Below are positions 39,598 through 49,082 of a stretch of 64,000 nt of DNA, piece after piece. The stretch is from NCBI GenBank assembly GCA_029210695.1, contig JARGFH010000008.1:1-64000 (forward strand), read 5' to 3'. The number at the start of each line of letters is the position of its first letter. Within the stretch, counting starts at the first letter, position 1. The translations under genes were made by a program, and so were the position numbers. A model generated the notes under the pieces. That model was given only the letters and a program-made list of their open reading frames with translations, was not told the origin of the DNA and searched no databases. The DNA is from Acidimicrobiia bacterium (lineage in GTDB: Bacteria; Actinomycetota; Acidimicrobiia; Spongiisociales; JAHEDJ01).

Positions 39598-40512
39598 TTA
39601 GCCAGAAACGGCTGCCTGATACCGAGCCAGGGTTTGCTCCGCGAAGTCGATCAGCGTCCGGCGGAGTGCCTCGGGCGCCGTTACCTTGACTGCGCCGCCC
39701 CACGGCAGAAGCGCAGATCGCGCCTGAATGATGTCGTCGAATCGGAATACGAGCCGGGTGCCGGAGACGGTGAGTTCGTTGCCGAATCGACGTCGGAGCA
39801 GCGGTATGACGGATTCGGAAGCCGACGCCTTGGCAACGAAGTTTCGCCGGCTGACGGCGGCGGTCGTTGCATAGCTCTGCCAGAAGGCGGTGAGTTCGAA
39901 GTCGGCCGGTCTTTCGAATCGGGTCGTGGTGAGTTTCGCCGACGCGATTGCATTGACCTGGTCGACACGGACCCGTCGATCGGCCAGCGTCCAAACGAGG
40001 TGCCACCGCTCTGCCTGGGAGACGAGGCCGAGCGGCTGCACGCGGCGCTCTACCCGGGAATCGAACATCCTTGTTACCGCAAGATCGACGCATAAATCCC
40101 CATGGACCGCCCGGTTGAGGACTTCGAGCAATGTGTCGCCGGCGGCAGGGTCGATATAGACCCGGCCCTCGGGACGGCGCTGTTCCGCCGGGATGGCGGC
40201 GCTGAGTTTGGCGAGCGCCGAAATGAGGGGTCCGCTCACCAACGACGCCGATTCCGTCGTGGTCAAGAGGGCGAGTGCTTCGTACTCGCCTGCAGTGAGG
40301 CCGGTTAGCTCCGTTCGCCAGTCCCCATAGAGGCGCGCTCCGCCTCCAGGTCCTGCGTCGGTGATGAGCGGTACACCGGCGACACGCAATCCGTACCAGT
40401 CCCGATAGATCGTTCGAACCGAGACCTCGAGGTCCCGGGCCAATTCGTCTGCAGTCACTCTTCCCTTTCGCTGGATGATCAGCAACTCAGCGAGCAGACG
40501 ATCGGCTCTCAC
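39598..40512 (-). CDS. YafY-like HTH-WYL transcriptional regulator
   Basis: MRADRL..LEVSVRTIYRD HTH; PLGLV..WHL WYL domain. Confidence 0.9.
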   Translation of the reverse strand: MRADRLLAELLIIQRKGRVTADELARDLEVSVRTIYRDWYGLRVAGVPLITDAGPGGGARLYGDWRTELTGLTAGEYEALALLTTTESASLVSGPLISALAKLSAAIPAEQRRPEGRVYIDPAAGDTLLEVLNRAVHGDLCVDLAVTRMFDSRVERRVQPLGLVSQAERWHLVWTLADRRVRVDQVNAIASAKLTTTRFERPADFELTAFWQSYATTAAVSRRNFVAKASASESVIPLLRRRFGNELTVSGTRLVFRFDDIIQARSALLPWGGAVKVTAPEALRRTLIDFAEQTLARYQAAVSG

Positions 40513-40599
40513 GGGCGAGCTCCGAAAGACGGTTCCACCCGAGAACCACGGTCGGCATGTCGGGGTCGTTCGTGTTCCGTTTTACCCCGATCCATATTG

Positions 40600-40616
40600 C
40601 TGACACTAGATGACAG
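40600..40616. promoter_or_regulatory. Probable operator of the WYL regulator (CTGACA-N5-TGACAG)
   Basis: Near-palindrome (1 mismatch to CTGACA-N5-TGTCAG) in the divergent intergenic region. Confidence 0.55.
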
Positions 40617-40651
40617 GTATCGGGCGGTACGGTTTCGGCGAAGGAGGTCAA

Positions 40652-41128
40652 GTGTCGGATATCACGGTGGAAATCCGAGATCTAGACGCAATGACCGTGG
40701 CCAGTGCCCTCGGCTTCGGCACCGAGCCCGAATACGAAGCATGGGAGTTGATTCGCGGGTTTGCCGAAAGGCATGGACTCGATCTCACCTCGGGCGAGCA
40801 TCGCTTTTTCGGGTTCAACAATCCGAACCCGTCACCGGGTAGCCCTAATTACGGGTACGAGCAGTGGATGACCATTGATCCAGACATCGAGGTCGAGGAG
40901 CCGCTGACGCGTAAACAGATACCGGGGGGACAGTACGCGGTGACCCGCCTCAAAGGGATCGAGAACATCACGGAAACCTGGCGGGAATTTGTCGCCTGGT
41001 TCGAAGAAAGCGGCCGGCACCCCGGGCGTGGATGGGACCAGTGCCTGGAGGAACTGCTGACGCCGATCACGTCGCCGCCGGAACAATGGGAGTTCGAATT
41101 GTATCTGCCGGTGGCCGTCGGCCCATAG
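40652..41128 (+). CDS. GyrI-like small-molecule-binding protein
   Basis: AAGGAGG RBS; FGFNNP..YGYE, GGQYAV and ELYLPV motifs. Confidence 0.85.
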   Translation: MSDITVEIRDLDAMTVASALGFGTEPEYEAWELIRGFAERHGLDLTSGEHRFFGFNNPNPSPGSPNYGYEQWMTIDPDIEVEEPLTRKQIPGGQYAVTRLKGIENITETWREFVAWFEESGRHPGRGWDQCLEELLTPITSPPEQWEFELYLPVAVGP

Positions 41129-41214
41129 CCGCTTGGTCGGTGTCCCCGTCCTGAGCGTGGTCGACGGAGCGCAGCCTGTCCGCATAAGAGCTCCGTCTCG
41201 GCTATCAATGGTCC

Positions 41215-41823
41215 ATGCAGGTTTCGTTCTTCTTCGATCCGATCTGTCCATGGTGCTGGGAAACGGCCCGATGGCTCATCGAGGCGCGCAGTCACCGTCC
41301 GATCGAGATCGACTGGAGGCCGTTCAGTCTCGACATCAAGAACGAAGGCGCCTCTCCGTCGGAACGTGGGAAGCGGATGCAGCTCGAGGGCAGGAGAGCA
41401 CTCCGGGTGGCGGAGTACGTGCGGGCGAAGTCAGGGCCTTCAGCAGTAGAGAACCTGTATGTAGAGATGGCGCGGCGCTGGCACCTGGAGGGCGAGCGGA
41501 CCTTTGACCTGGCGTCGATCGTGGAAGCGGTTGGGCTCGAGTCGCTCGCACCCGGTGTGGCCGACGATTCCGACTGGGACGTACCCGTTGAGGTCGCAAT
41601 GGCAGAGGCGATGACCGTTGTCGGGGAGGACGTTGGTGTGCCGATTGTCGTGTTCGAAGGAACCGACCCGGTCGGCTTCTACGGCCCCATAATGGCTCCC
41701 GCACCGCGAGGGGAGGAAGCCGCCCACCTCTTCGATCATTTGATGGTGCTGGCTCGCACTCCCGGGTTCTTTGAACTCAAACGCCAACGGGACGCTCCGC
41801 CGCGGCTGAGGGGAGCACCGTGA
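41215..41823 (+). CDS. DsbA-family thiol oxidoreductase (Rv2466c-like)
   Basis: FDPICPWCW, DVGVP, FYGP and FFELKR motifs. Confidence 0.88.
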   Translation: MQVSFFFDPICPWCWETARWLIEARSHRPIEIDWRPFSLDIKNEGASPSERGKRMQLEGRRALRVAEYVRAKSGPSAVENLYVEMARRWHLEGERTFDLASIVEAVGLESLAPGVADDSDWDVPVEVAMAEAMTVVGEDVGVPIVVFEGTDPVGFYGPIMAPAPRGEEAAHLFDHLMVLARTPGFFELKRQRDAPPRLRGAP

Positions 41824-42782
41824 ACCGTGAGGTGCTGGCCCGGAGAATCCGGAGCGTGGGATCCATCGGCATCATGCTGGTCGTGCTGACCCCGCTCATG
41901 CCGCTCTTCCTGGTGCTGGCCGGCCTGCTCGGCCTACTGCGACGCACCAACTTCGTAGTGGTCCGACTTCTCGTGTTCGGGTGGTTGTATCTCGTTGGTG
42001 AGTTGCTCGGTGTATGCCGGGCAGGGGCGATCATGCTGATCGCCAGACCTGGAAGCCGTCGTTTTCTCGACCTCAACTACCGGCTCCAGACCTGGTGGGC
42101 GCTGTTTCTCTTCCGCTGGGTTTCACGTTTGCTCCGCCTCTCCTTCGAGGTGCAGGGTGACGACGAGCTCGAGCCGGGCCCCATCCTGATCTTCATGCGC
42201 CATGCGTCGATCATCGACAATCTGCTCCCGCTGGTGTTTGTGTCTGAACCGCACAACCTGCGTATCCGCTACGTGCTGAAGAAGGAACTCCTATCGGATC
42301 CGGCGCTCGATATCGTCGGCAACCGCCTTCCGAACTTCTTCATCGATCGCGCGAGTAGCGACGAGGCTCAATTGCAGGCGCTGCGTGACCTGGTGACCGA
42401 CCTCGAACCTCATGAGGGCGCCATCATCTACCCGGAAGGGACGCGGTTCACCCGCCGCAAGCGCCATGCGATCCTCGCCAAGTTGGAAGGGTCGGAGTTC
42501 TTCGAGCGGGCGTCCGCCCTGGAACGGGTTTTGCCCCCGCGCATCAACGGGCCGCTGGCCATGCTCGAGGGAGCCCCAGGAGCAGACGTGATCATCTGCG
42601 CGCATCACGGTCTCGAAGGATTCGCCACGGTGGGTGACATTCTCTCAGGTCGGTTGGTTGGGTCGACGATCACCGTCATGTTCAGAAGGATCGCCCGCCG
42701 CGATGTCCCGACCGATCGTCAGCTTCGTATCGACTGGCTCTATGCGGAATGGGCCAGGGTCGACGCAGACGTCGCTGATTGA
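41820..42782 (+). CDS. PlsC-family acyltransferase
   Basis: RHASIID HX4D motif; YPEGTR motif. Confidence 0.88.
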   Translation: MNREVLARRIRSVGSIGIMLVVLTPLMPLFLVLAGLLGLLRRTNFVVVRLLVFGWLYLVGELLGVCRAGAIMLIARPGSRRFLDLNYRLQTWWALFLFRWVSRLLRLSFEVQGDDELEPGPILIFMRHASIIDNLLPLVFVSEPHNLRIRYVLKKELLSDPALDIVGNRLPNFFIDRASSDEAQLQALRDLVTDLEPHEGAIIYPEGTRFTRRKRHAILAKLEGSEFFERASALERVLPPRINGPLAMLEGAPGADVIICAHHGLEGFATVGDILSGRLVGSTITVMFRRIARRDVPTDRQLRIDWLYAEWARVDADVAD

Positions 42783-42824
42783 CCGCTATTTGCCCGCACC
42801 GGGCCTACAGGCCACACTGCGGAT

Positions 42825-43484
42825 GTGGCTGCTGACACCTCTCAGGGATGGCCTGACAAGGGCAAGGGAAGACCGATGGTGATCGGCATTGCCGGTGGCT
42901 CCGGTTCCGGAAAGTCGACGATCGCCGACCGCGTGCTCAACGCCATCGGGGTGGACCGGGTCCTACTCATCGAGCACGACGCCTACTACCGCGATCGCCC
43001 GGAGTTGTCGGCCGAGCAGCGGGCCGGAATCAACTACGACCACCCCAACTCGCTCGAAACGGAGCTACTGGTCCTGCATATCGAAGCCCTGTTGGCGGGG
43101 CGGAAGATCGATCAACCGCTGTACGACTTCAGCGTCCACGCCCGCCGGCCTGAGACGGTCGTGGTCGAACCGCGCCGGGTGATCATTCTCGAGGGGATTC
43201 TCGTGCTCGCCGAGGAGCCGTTGCGAGAGCTGATGGATCTGAAGATCTATGTCGACACCGACGCCGACCTCCGCCTCGCCCGGCGAATGGATCGGGATAT
43301 TCGGGATCGGCACCGGACGCCGGAATCCGTGTTGGATCAATACCTGGTGTCTGTGCGGCCGATGCATCTCCAGTTCGTTGAACCTTCCAAGCGGTATGCC
43401 GACATCATCATTCCGGAGGGCTACAACAGCAGCGCCGTCGGTACCGTGATCGGGATGATCCGGGAGTATCTCGCCCGGGAGTAG
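42825..43484 (+). CDS. udk: Uridine kinase
   Basis: GIAGGSGSGKST, NYDHP, EGIL and VRPMH..FVEPSKRYAD motifs. Confidence 0.95.
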   Translation: MAADTSQGWPDKGKGRPMVIGIAGGSGSGKSTIADRVLNAIGVDRVLLIEHDAYYRDRPELSAEQRAGINYDHPNSLETELLVLHIEALLAGRKIDQPLYDFSVHARRPETVVVEPRRVIILEGILVLAEEPLRELMDLKIYVDTDADLRLARRMDRDIRDRHRTPESVLDQYLVSVRPMHLQFVEPSKRYADIIIPEGYNSSAVGTVIGMIREYLARE

Positions 43485-43489
43485 GGAGC

Positions 43490-43615
43490 CGACCCCTTTT
43501 CTCGGCAATGCTGTGGTGTGTCACGCGCCATTGCATTGCGCAGAAAACCCCGACCCGTTTCTCGGCAATGCTGTGGTGTGTCACGCGCCATTGCATTGCG
43601 CAGAAAACGGGTTTT
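43490..43615. repeat. Two tandem 60-bp copies of an imperfect palindrome
   Basis: TTTCTCGGCAATGCTGTGGTGTGTCACGCGCCATTGCATTGCGCAGAAAAC x2, between the convergent udk and ybaK genes. Confidence 0.9.
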
Positions 43616-43616
43616 G

Positions 43617-44087
43617 TCAGTCGGCGATTGCTGCGCGTGTGCCGTCGTTCAACTCGATGAGCAACCGGGGCCGCACCTCTAGTTGCACCCCGCGCTGGCC
43701 GCCGCTCACGAAGACCGTGTCGTGCTGGAATGCGGATTCGTCAACATAGACCGGGATCCGCCGGGTCCTGCCGAACGGGCTGATGCCGCCGACCACGTAT
43801 CCGGTCAGCCTCTCGGCGTCCTTGGCATCTGCCATGTGGGCGCGTTTGCCGAGGGCAACCCGGGCGAGAGCCTTCATCGAGAGTTGGCGATCGACCGGAA
43901 CAATGCCGACGGCCGGCCGGCCGTCGACCGAGGCAACCAGCGTCTTGAACATTCGGCCGCCGTCTACGCCCACTGCCGCCGCCACCGACTCACCGTAGGA
44001 GCCCTCGTCGGAAGCGACGTGGTAGTAGTGGACGTGGAATTCGGCTCCTGCTCTTTCGAGCGCCTGGATTGCCCGTATCTTGGTCAC
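43617..44087 (-). CDS. ybaK: Cys-tRNA(Pro) deacylase
   Basis: FKTLV, TGYVVGGISPFG and SGGQRG motifs. Confidence 0.92.
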   Translation of the reverse strand: MTKIRAIQALERAGAEFHVHYYHVASDEGSYGESVAAAVGVDGGRMFKTLVASVDGRPAVGIVPVDRQLSMKALARVALGKRAHMADAKDAERLTGYVVGGISPFGRTRRIPVYVDESAFQHDTVFVSGGQRGVQLEVRPRLLIELNDGTRAAIAD

Positions 44088-44142
44088 GACGCATTGTTCC
44101 ACGCTCGGCCCCCCGCGCGTCGAGCTCATATACTGTTCCTTC

Positions 44143-44979
44143 GTGACTCACCAACATCCTTCCGTTGCGATCCTTGGAGCCGGAGCCATGGGCGAAGCCC
44201 TGGCCATGGGCTTGATCGACGCTGGGTGGGAGCACACAGCCATCGAACTCGCCGCCAGGCGAACCGAGCGGGCCAAACGCGTCGCGGCAAGCACGTCGTG
44301 CCGGTGTGTGCTCGATCCTGCTGAGATCCTGCCCGGCAAGGACGTCGTGGTTGTGGCGGTGAAACCACGAGACGTGCATCACCTCCTGGGACAGATCCAC
44401 TCTGCGCTCGGCGCAGGACAGGTCGTTGTCTCGCTGGCTGCCGGGGTACCGACCACCGTCTTTGAGAAGGTTCTCGGTGCAATCCCCGTGGTGCGGGTGA
44501 TGCCGAACACCCCCGCGATCGTGCGCCAGGGCATCACCGGTATGGCCGCCGGTGCCCACGCCGGCCCCGCCGACCTCGATCTGGCCGAGCGAGTCCTGAC
44601 CGCGGTCGGGCCGGTGACCAGGCTCGACGAGCACCTCCTCGACGCAGTGACCGCGGTGTCCGGCACCGGGCCTGCGTATGCATTCCTGCTTGCCGAGGCT
44701 CTCACAGAGGCAGCCATCCGTGAGGGACTTCCCCGAGACGTAGCCGAACTGCTTGTTCACCAGACGATCAAAGGTGCCGGGCACCTCCTTGTCGACACCG
44801 GACGCAGCCCCTTCGAACTCCGATCCGAAGTGACCTCTCCCGGGGGTACAACCGCGGCGGCCATGCACGTCCTCGAGGAGCGCGGTTTTCGGGCGCTCGT
44901 TGAAGATGCGGTCCGGGCCGCCGCCCAGCGATCGAGAGAAATGGGTGGATTCGCCGTGGCGGCCGAGGAGGAAGAATGA
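44143..44979 (+). CDS. proC: Pyrroline-5-carboxylate reductase
   Basis: GAGAMG, AVKP, RVMPNTP, SGTGPAY and VTSPGGTT motifs. Confidence 0.95.
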   Translation: MTHQHPSVAILGAGAMGEALAMGLIDAGWEHTAIELAARRTERAKRVAASTSCRCVLDPAEILPGKDVVVVAVKPRDVHHLLGQIHSALGAGQVVVSLAAGVPTTVFEKVLGAIPVVRVMPNTPAIVRQGITGMAAGAHAGPADLDLAERVLTAVGPVTRLDEHLLDAVTAVSGTGPAYAFLLAEALTEAAIREGLPRDVAELLVHQTIKGAGHLLVDTGRSPFELRSEVTSPGGTTAAAMHVLEERGFRALVEDAVRAAAQRSREMGGFAVAAEEEE

Positions 44980-45890
44980 TCAACGCCTTCAGCAAGGTCA
45001 TGCTGAAGGCAACCGATCTGCGGCTGTCGAAATGGCTCTTCACTGATCTGAATGCAGGTCGCAAACTGGCGCTGCGTTTTGTGGCCGGCGAGACCCTCGC
45101 AGAGGCGGTGGCGGTCGCAACGACGCTCAATGCCAGGGGAATGAGCGTATCCATGGATCACCTCGGTGAGGCGGTCACGGATGTGGGCTCTGCCCGGGCT
45201 GCGCGGGACGACTACCTGGCCTGTCTCGACGAGATAGCCTCCACCGGTCTCGATGCCAACGTGTCGGTGAAGCTCACCCAGCTCGGTCTCGCGCTCGATC
45301 GGGGCATTGCAATCGAGGCGATGCGACAGATTGCCGGTCGAGCGGCAGAGCTCGAGACGACGGTCACTATCGACATGGAAGACAGCCCCTATACCGATGC
45401 CACCTTGGACATCTACGAATTGATACAGAAGGAATTCGGGAACGTTGGGGTGGCCGTTCAGTCATATCTCTATCGGTCCGGTGCGGATATCTCCCGGATC
45501 GCGCCACTCGGCGGGCATATCCGGCTCTGCAAGGGGGCATACGCCGAGCCGGAGTCCATTGCGATGAGCCGCAAGGAGCACGTCGACGCCAACTTCGCGA
45601 CCCTGACCCGTCAGCTGATGGACCAGCACGATGCAAAGCCTGCGATTGCCTCACACGATGATCGGCTGATCGACCTGGCGAGAGCCCTGGTGGCCGGCCG
45701 CTCGTCGCCTTTCGAGTTCCAGATGCTGTTTGGAATCCGGACGCAACTGCAGGAAGAGCTGGTGCGTCAGGGCCACCCATTGCGCATCTACGTACCGTAC
45801 GGCTCTGAGTGGTACCCCTACCTGACTCGGCGGCTGGCCGAGCGCCCGGCCAACACGTTGTTTTTCATGCGAGCGTTGTTCGGCAAGTAG
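44976..45890 (+). CDS. Monofunctional proline dehydrogenase
   Basis: FVAGET, SVKLTQLG, IDME, RLCKGAY and RRLAERP motifs. Confidence 0.95.
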   Translation: MINAFSKVMLKATDLRLSKWLFTDLNAGRKLALRFVAGETLAEAVAVATTLNARGMSVSMDHLGEAVTDVGSARAARDDYLACLDEIASTGLDANVSVKLTQLGLALDRGIAIEAMRQIAGRAAELETTVTIDMEDSPYTDATLDIYELIQKEFGNVGVAVQSYLYRSGADISRIAPLGGHIRLCKGAYAEPESIAMSRKEHVDANFATLTRQLMDQHDAKPAIASHDDRLIDLARALVAGRSSPFEFQMLFGIRTQLQEELVRQGHPLRIYVPYGSEWYPYLTRRLAERPANTLFFMRALFGK

Positions 45891-45932
45891 CGTGGTGGAG
45901 AGCTACCGACGACGATCGTGCGAGGTGACCGA

Positions 45933-46394
45933 GTGCTCGAAATAGGTCAACAGGCCCCCATGTTCAAGCTTTCCGACGAGACGGGAACGCCGGTGTCGTT
46001 GTCCGACTACACAGGCCGCAATCTGGTCATCTTCTTCTATCCGAAGGCAATGACTCCCGGGTGCACTGCGGAGGCGTGCGACTTCCGCGACCGTGCTGAT
46101 GCGCTGCTGACCGGTGGATTTTCTGTATTGGGAGTTAGTCCGGATCCGATCAACCGGCTGGCCGCCTTCAAGGACAAGGAGTCGCTGAACTACCCGCTCC
46201 TTTCCGACGAAGAGCACACCGCCGCCTCCGCCTACGGAGCGTGGGGAATCAAGAAGAACTACGGGCGCGAGTATGAAGGTCTGATCAGGTCGACCTTTGT
46301 GGTCGACGCGACGGGAAGACTGAGTCATATCTACCGGAACGTGCGCGCCAAGGGGCATGTCGGTCGCGTGACGAGCGACCTCCTGGGCCTGTGA
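45933..46394 (+). CDS. bcp: Thioredoxin-dependent peroxiredoxin BCP
   Basis: FYPKAMTPGCTAEACDF and RSTFV motifs. Confidence 0.93.
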   Translation: MLEIGQQAPMFKLSDETGTPVSLSDYTGRNLVIFFYPKAMTPGCTAEACDFRDRADALLTGGFSVLGVSPDPINRLAAFKDKESLNYPLLSDEEHTAASAYGAWGIKKNYGREYEGLIRSTFVVDATGRLSHIYRNVRAKGHVGRVTSDLLGL

Positions 46395-46447
46395 ATAGAT
46401 CCGGGCTTGCGCCCCACCCGGCAGGCCTGCCGGCCTGGCCCATCGCT

Positions 46448-47836
46448 ATGCTGCCGAGAGTGATACGCCGATCCTCGCTTCTCGTGCTGGTTGTCTTGGC
46501 CGTCCTCGCTGCTGTACCTGCCCTCGCAGCCGAACCCGAAGACATCGCCGTCGAACTGGAGTTCCGCAACTACGCAGCGGAGCCGGGCACTTCGGTGGAT
46601 ATCAATGCACTCGAGGAGCTCATTGTCGATGTCGATGCCGTCGGACAGGGCGTCTACTTCGTCGTCCTCGCCTCCGACCCGACCGGAGGCAACGACCTGT
46701 TCGCAGCCCGACTACTCGACCTGCAACTCGAGGGCACTGTGATCGTGATCTCTCCGAATGAGATCGGAGCGGCCTCAACCGTCTTCGAAGACGCGGCCGT
46801 GAACGATGCCGTCGACTCGGCCTACGACAAGTTCCTCGATCGCGATGACGTCGGAGCGTTCAGAGAGTTCGCCCGGGATCTTCCGAATAGCGCCCAGCCG
46901 GCGACCGGGTCGACGGCGGCGGTAGACGAGCCGGTCCCGGCTTCGCAATCATCCGGGGGAGGAGGGGGATGGTTCTTCCTCATGTTCATCCTGCTCATCG
47001 TCGGGGGCATCGGGTTCATGCTGTGGCGCAACTCGCGGCGGGACGAAGCGGTTGCCGAAGGCCGGGTGGATGAAGCCCAGGATGAACTCAAAGGGCAGCT
47101 AGACGTCATCGCCAACGAGATCCTCGATCTCTCCGATCGGGTGACCGTTGCCGAGAACGAGGTGGCGCTGGCACACTTCCGCGCCGCCAGCGACACGTTC
47201 TCTGAAGTGACCGACGCGGCAGAAACCGCGACGGCTCTTGCCGATCTCGAAGCGCTTTCCGATCGGCTCGACCGCGCCCGCTGGCAACTCGAAGCCGCGG
47301 AGGCCCTTATTGAAGGCAGGGAGGTTCCGCCTGAGCCGGAGGACCGACCGGCTCACTGCTTCTTTGATCCTGCCCACCGGGCAGGTGTGGAAGAAGCGGA
47401 GATCCGCACCCCCGCCGGTTCGAAGATGGTGAGCGTGTGCCGTGAGTGTGCTGCGAAGCTTCGCAAAGGCGAGACGCCGACACCGCGTTCGATCAACGTT
47501 GGAGGGCGACCGGTTCCCGCACCACGAGCACCGAGATCCTACGGTGGCGGAGGGCTCGATTGGCTCGGGGCCTTCTCGATCATTCTCGGCGGACGGGACA
47601 GGGGCACCTCCTACGACTTCGGAAGCACGCGTAGCGCCAACCGGAGCCGCGGGGGCGTCGGGTCCGTGTTGGGCCGCCTCGGCACTCGGGGCAGCGGAAC
47701 ATCTCCAATAGGTGGGACTCGGAGCGCCAGCCGATCGACGCCCCGTCGAACTACGACCAAGCGAACCTCCACGCGGTCGACCTCCACGAGCACCCCGGCG
47801 CCGAAGGTCAAGGGTCGAGCTCGCCGCCGCCGCTAG
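46448..47836 (+). CDS. TPM-like domain membrane protein with coiled coil, CFFDPxH/CxxC motif and Arg/Ser/Thr-rich tail
   Basis: Signal peptide, acidic ectodomain, single TM, heptad region, CFFDPAH...CREC. Confidence 0.72.
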   Translation: MLPRVIRRSSLLVLVVLAVLAAVPALAAEPEDIAVELEFRNYAAEPGTSVDINALEELIVDVDAVGQGVYFVVLASDPTGGNDLFAARLLDLQLEGTVIVISPNEIGAASTVFEDAAVNDAVDSAYDKFLDRDDVGAFREFARDLPNSAQPATGSTAAVDEPVPASQSSGGGGGWFFLMFILLIVGGIGFMLWRNSRRDEAVAEGRVDEAQDELKGQLDVIANEILDLSDRVTVAENEVALAHFRAASDTFSEVTDAAETATALADLEALSDRLDRARWQLEAAEALIEGREVPPEPEDRPAHCFFDPAHRAGVEEAEIRTPAGSKMVSVCRECAAKLRKGETPTPRSINVGGRPVPAPRAPRSYGGGGLDWLGAFSIILGGRDRGTSYDFGSTRSANRSRGGVGSVLGRLGTRGSGTSPIGGTRSASRSTPRRTTTKRTSTRSTSTSTPAPKVKGRARRRR

Positions 47837-47960
47837 CAACCGTTCCTGCCGCCTGCTCGCCCGGATCAACAACGAGCAACATACGACCCGGTGTTCGCCT
47901 CCACCGCGCCTTTCCCGGTCTTAGTATGGATCGCAGTCATCGACAGAGATCGGAGAAACG

Positions 47961-48677
47961 ATGTTCAAACGCGTGTGGGGGTACATCAAGGCGCTGTTCA
48001 GGCGCACCGTCGAAGGTGCGATGGATCCTGAAGTAGAGATCGAGCAAGCCATCCAGGAGGCACGCAAACAGGATCAGGTGCTGCGTAACCAGGCTGCCAA
48101 GGTCATCGCCCACCGAACTCAGCTGGAAGCCAAGATCGAGCAGGCCGCCGACACCGTCGGCGAGGCCCGCGAGATGGCCAAGAAGGCCCTTCTGCGCGGC
48201 GAAGAGGCCAAGACGCAGGGTGATCTCGACGGGTTGAACAAATGGAATCAAGCTGCTCAAAGCCTGGCTCTCAAGCTCCAGGCAGGTGAGAACAACCTCA
48301 ACGGACTGAAGGACCAGTACGAGGTCTCGGTGAATCAGGCTGAGGACGCCAAGCGAGCTGTTCAGCAGAACGCGATGCGGCTGCAAGAACTGGCCGCCAA
48401 GCGGATGGAACTGGTCGGTCAACTACAACAGGCCAAGATGCAGGAAGCGGTCAACTCGGCCGTCGAGACGATCTCGGCATCGATGGAAATCGAACAACCC
48501 AGCCTCGACAAGGTCCAGGACAAGATCCAGGCGCGACTGTCGGAAGCGAAGGCTCGCGCCGAGTTGCGCGAAGCGACTCCCGAAGGGTCGGAAGCCGAGC
48601 TGCGTGAGGCGATCTCGCTGGCCCAGGCCGACACCAGGCTCGAAGAGCTGAAAGCGGAACTAGGGCTCACGGAGTAG
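47961..48677 (+). CDS. pspA: PspA/IM30 family protein
   Basis: DPEVEIEQAI..AAKVIA, QAKMQE and RLEELKAELG coiled coil. Confidence 0.88.
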   Translation: MFKRVWGYIKALFRRTVEGAMDPEVEIEQAIQEARKQDQVLRNQAAKVIAHRTQLEAKIEQAADTVGEAREMAKKALLRGEEAKTQGDLDGLNKWNQAAQSLALKLQAGENNLNGLKDQYEVSVNQAEDAKRAVQQNAMRLQELAAKRMELVGQLQQAKMQEAVNSAVETISASMEIEQPSLDKVQDKIQARLSEAKARAELREATPEGSEAELREAISLAQADTRLEELKAELGLTE

Positions 48678-48701
48678 CAAAAGCCGGATCGTTCGTGATT
48701 G

Positions 48702-48996
48702 GTGCCGCAGCGGCAGGCCGCTGCGGCACTTTCCCCCCTACCCCAGCGGCAGCAGCCGCTGCGGTACTTTCCCCCCTGCGGGGGGAAAGTACCGGCGACC
48801 AGCGACTCTGTTGCGGATGCCCCCTTACCCCAGCGGCAGCAGCCGCTGCGGTACTTTCCCCCCTGCGGGGGGACCGAACCGGCGACCAGCGACTCTGTTG
48901 CGGATGCCCCCCTACCCCAGCGGCAGCAGCCGCTGCGGTACTTTCCCCCCTCCGGGGGGACCGAAGCCGCGACCAGCGACTCGCGACCAGCGACTC
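48702..48996. repeat. Three tandem 87-bp hairpin-rich repeats plus a partial copy and a GCGACCA/GCGACTC heptamer tail
   Basis: CCCCAGCGGCAGCAGCCGCTGCGGTACTTTCCCCCCTGCGGGGGG units begin at 48741, 48828 and 48915. Confidence 0.92.
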
Positions 48997-49082
48997 TGTG
49001 ACCTTCGACCCTGACGGGGAGCCGTCTGTCGGGTCGGGAGGTTCGTAGACTCTTTCGCATCGCCCAGACGAAAGGACGAATC

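Noticed and set aside
48702..48996. Possible CRISPR array (also 43490-43615 and 55546-56082)
   Set aside because: Units repeat in full with no unique spacers, and no cas genes are in the window.
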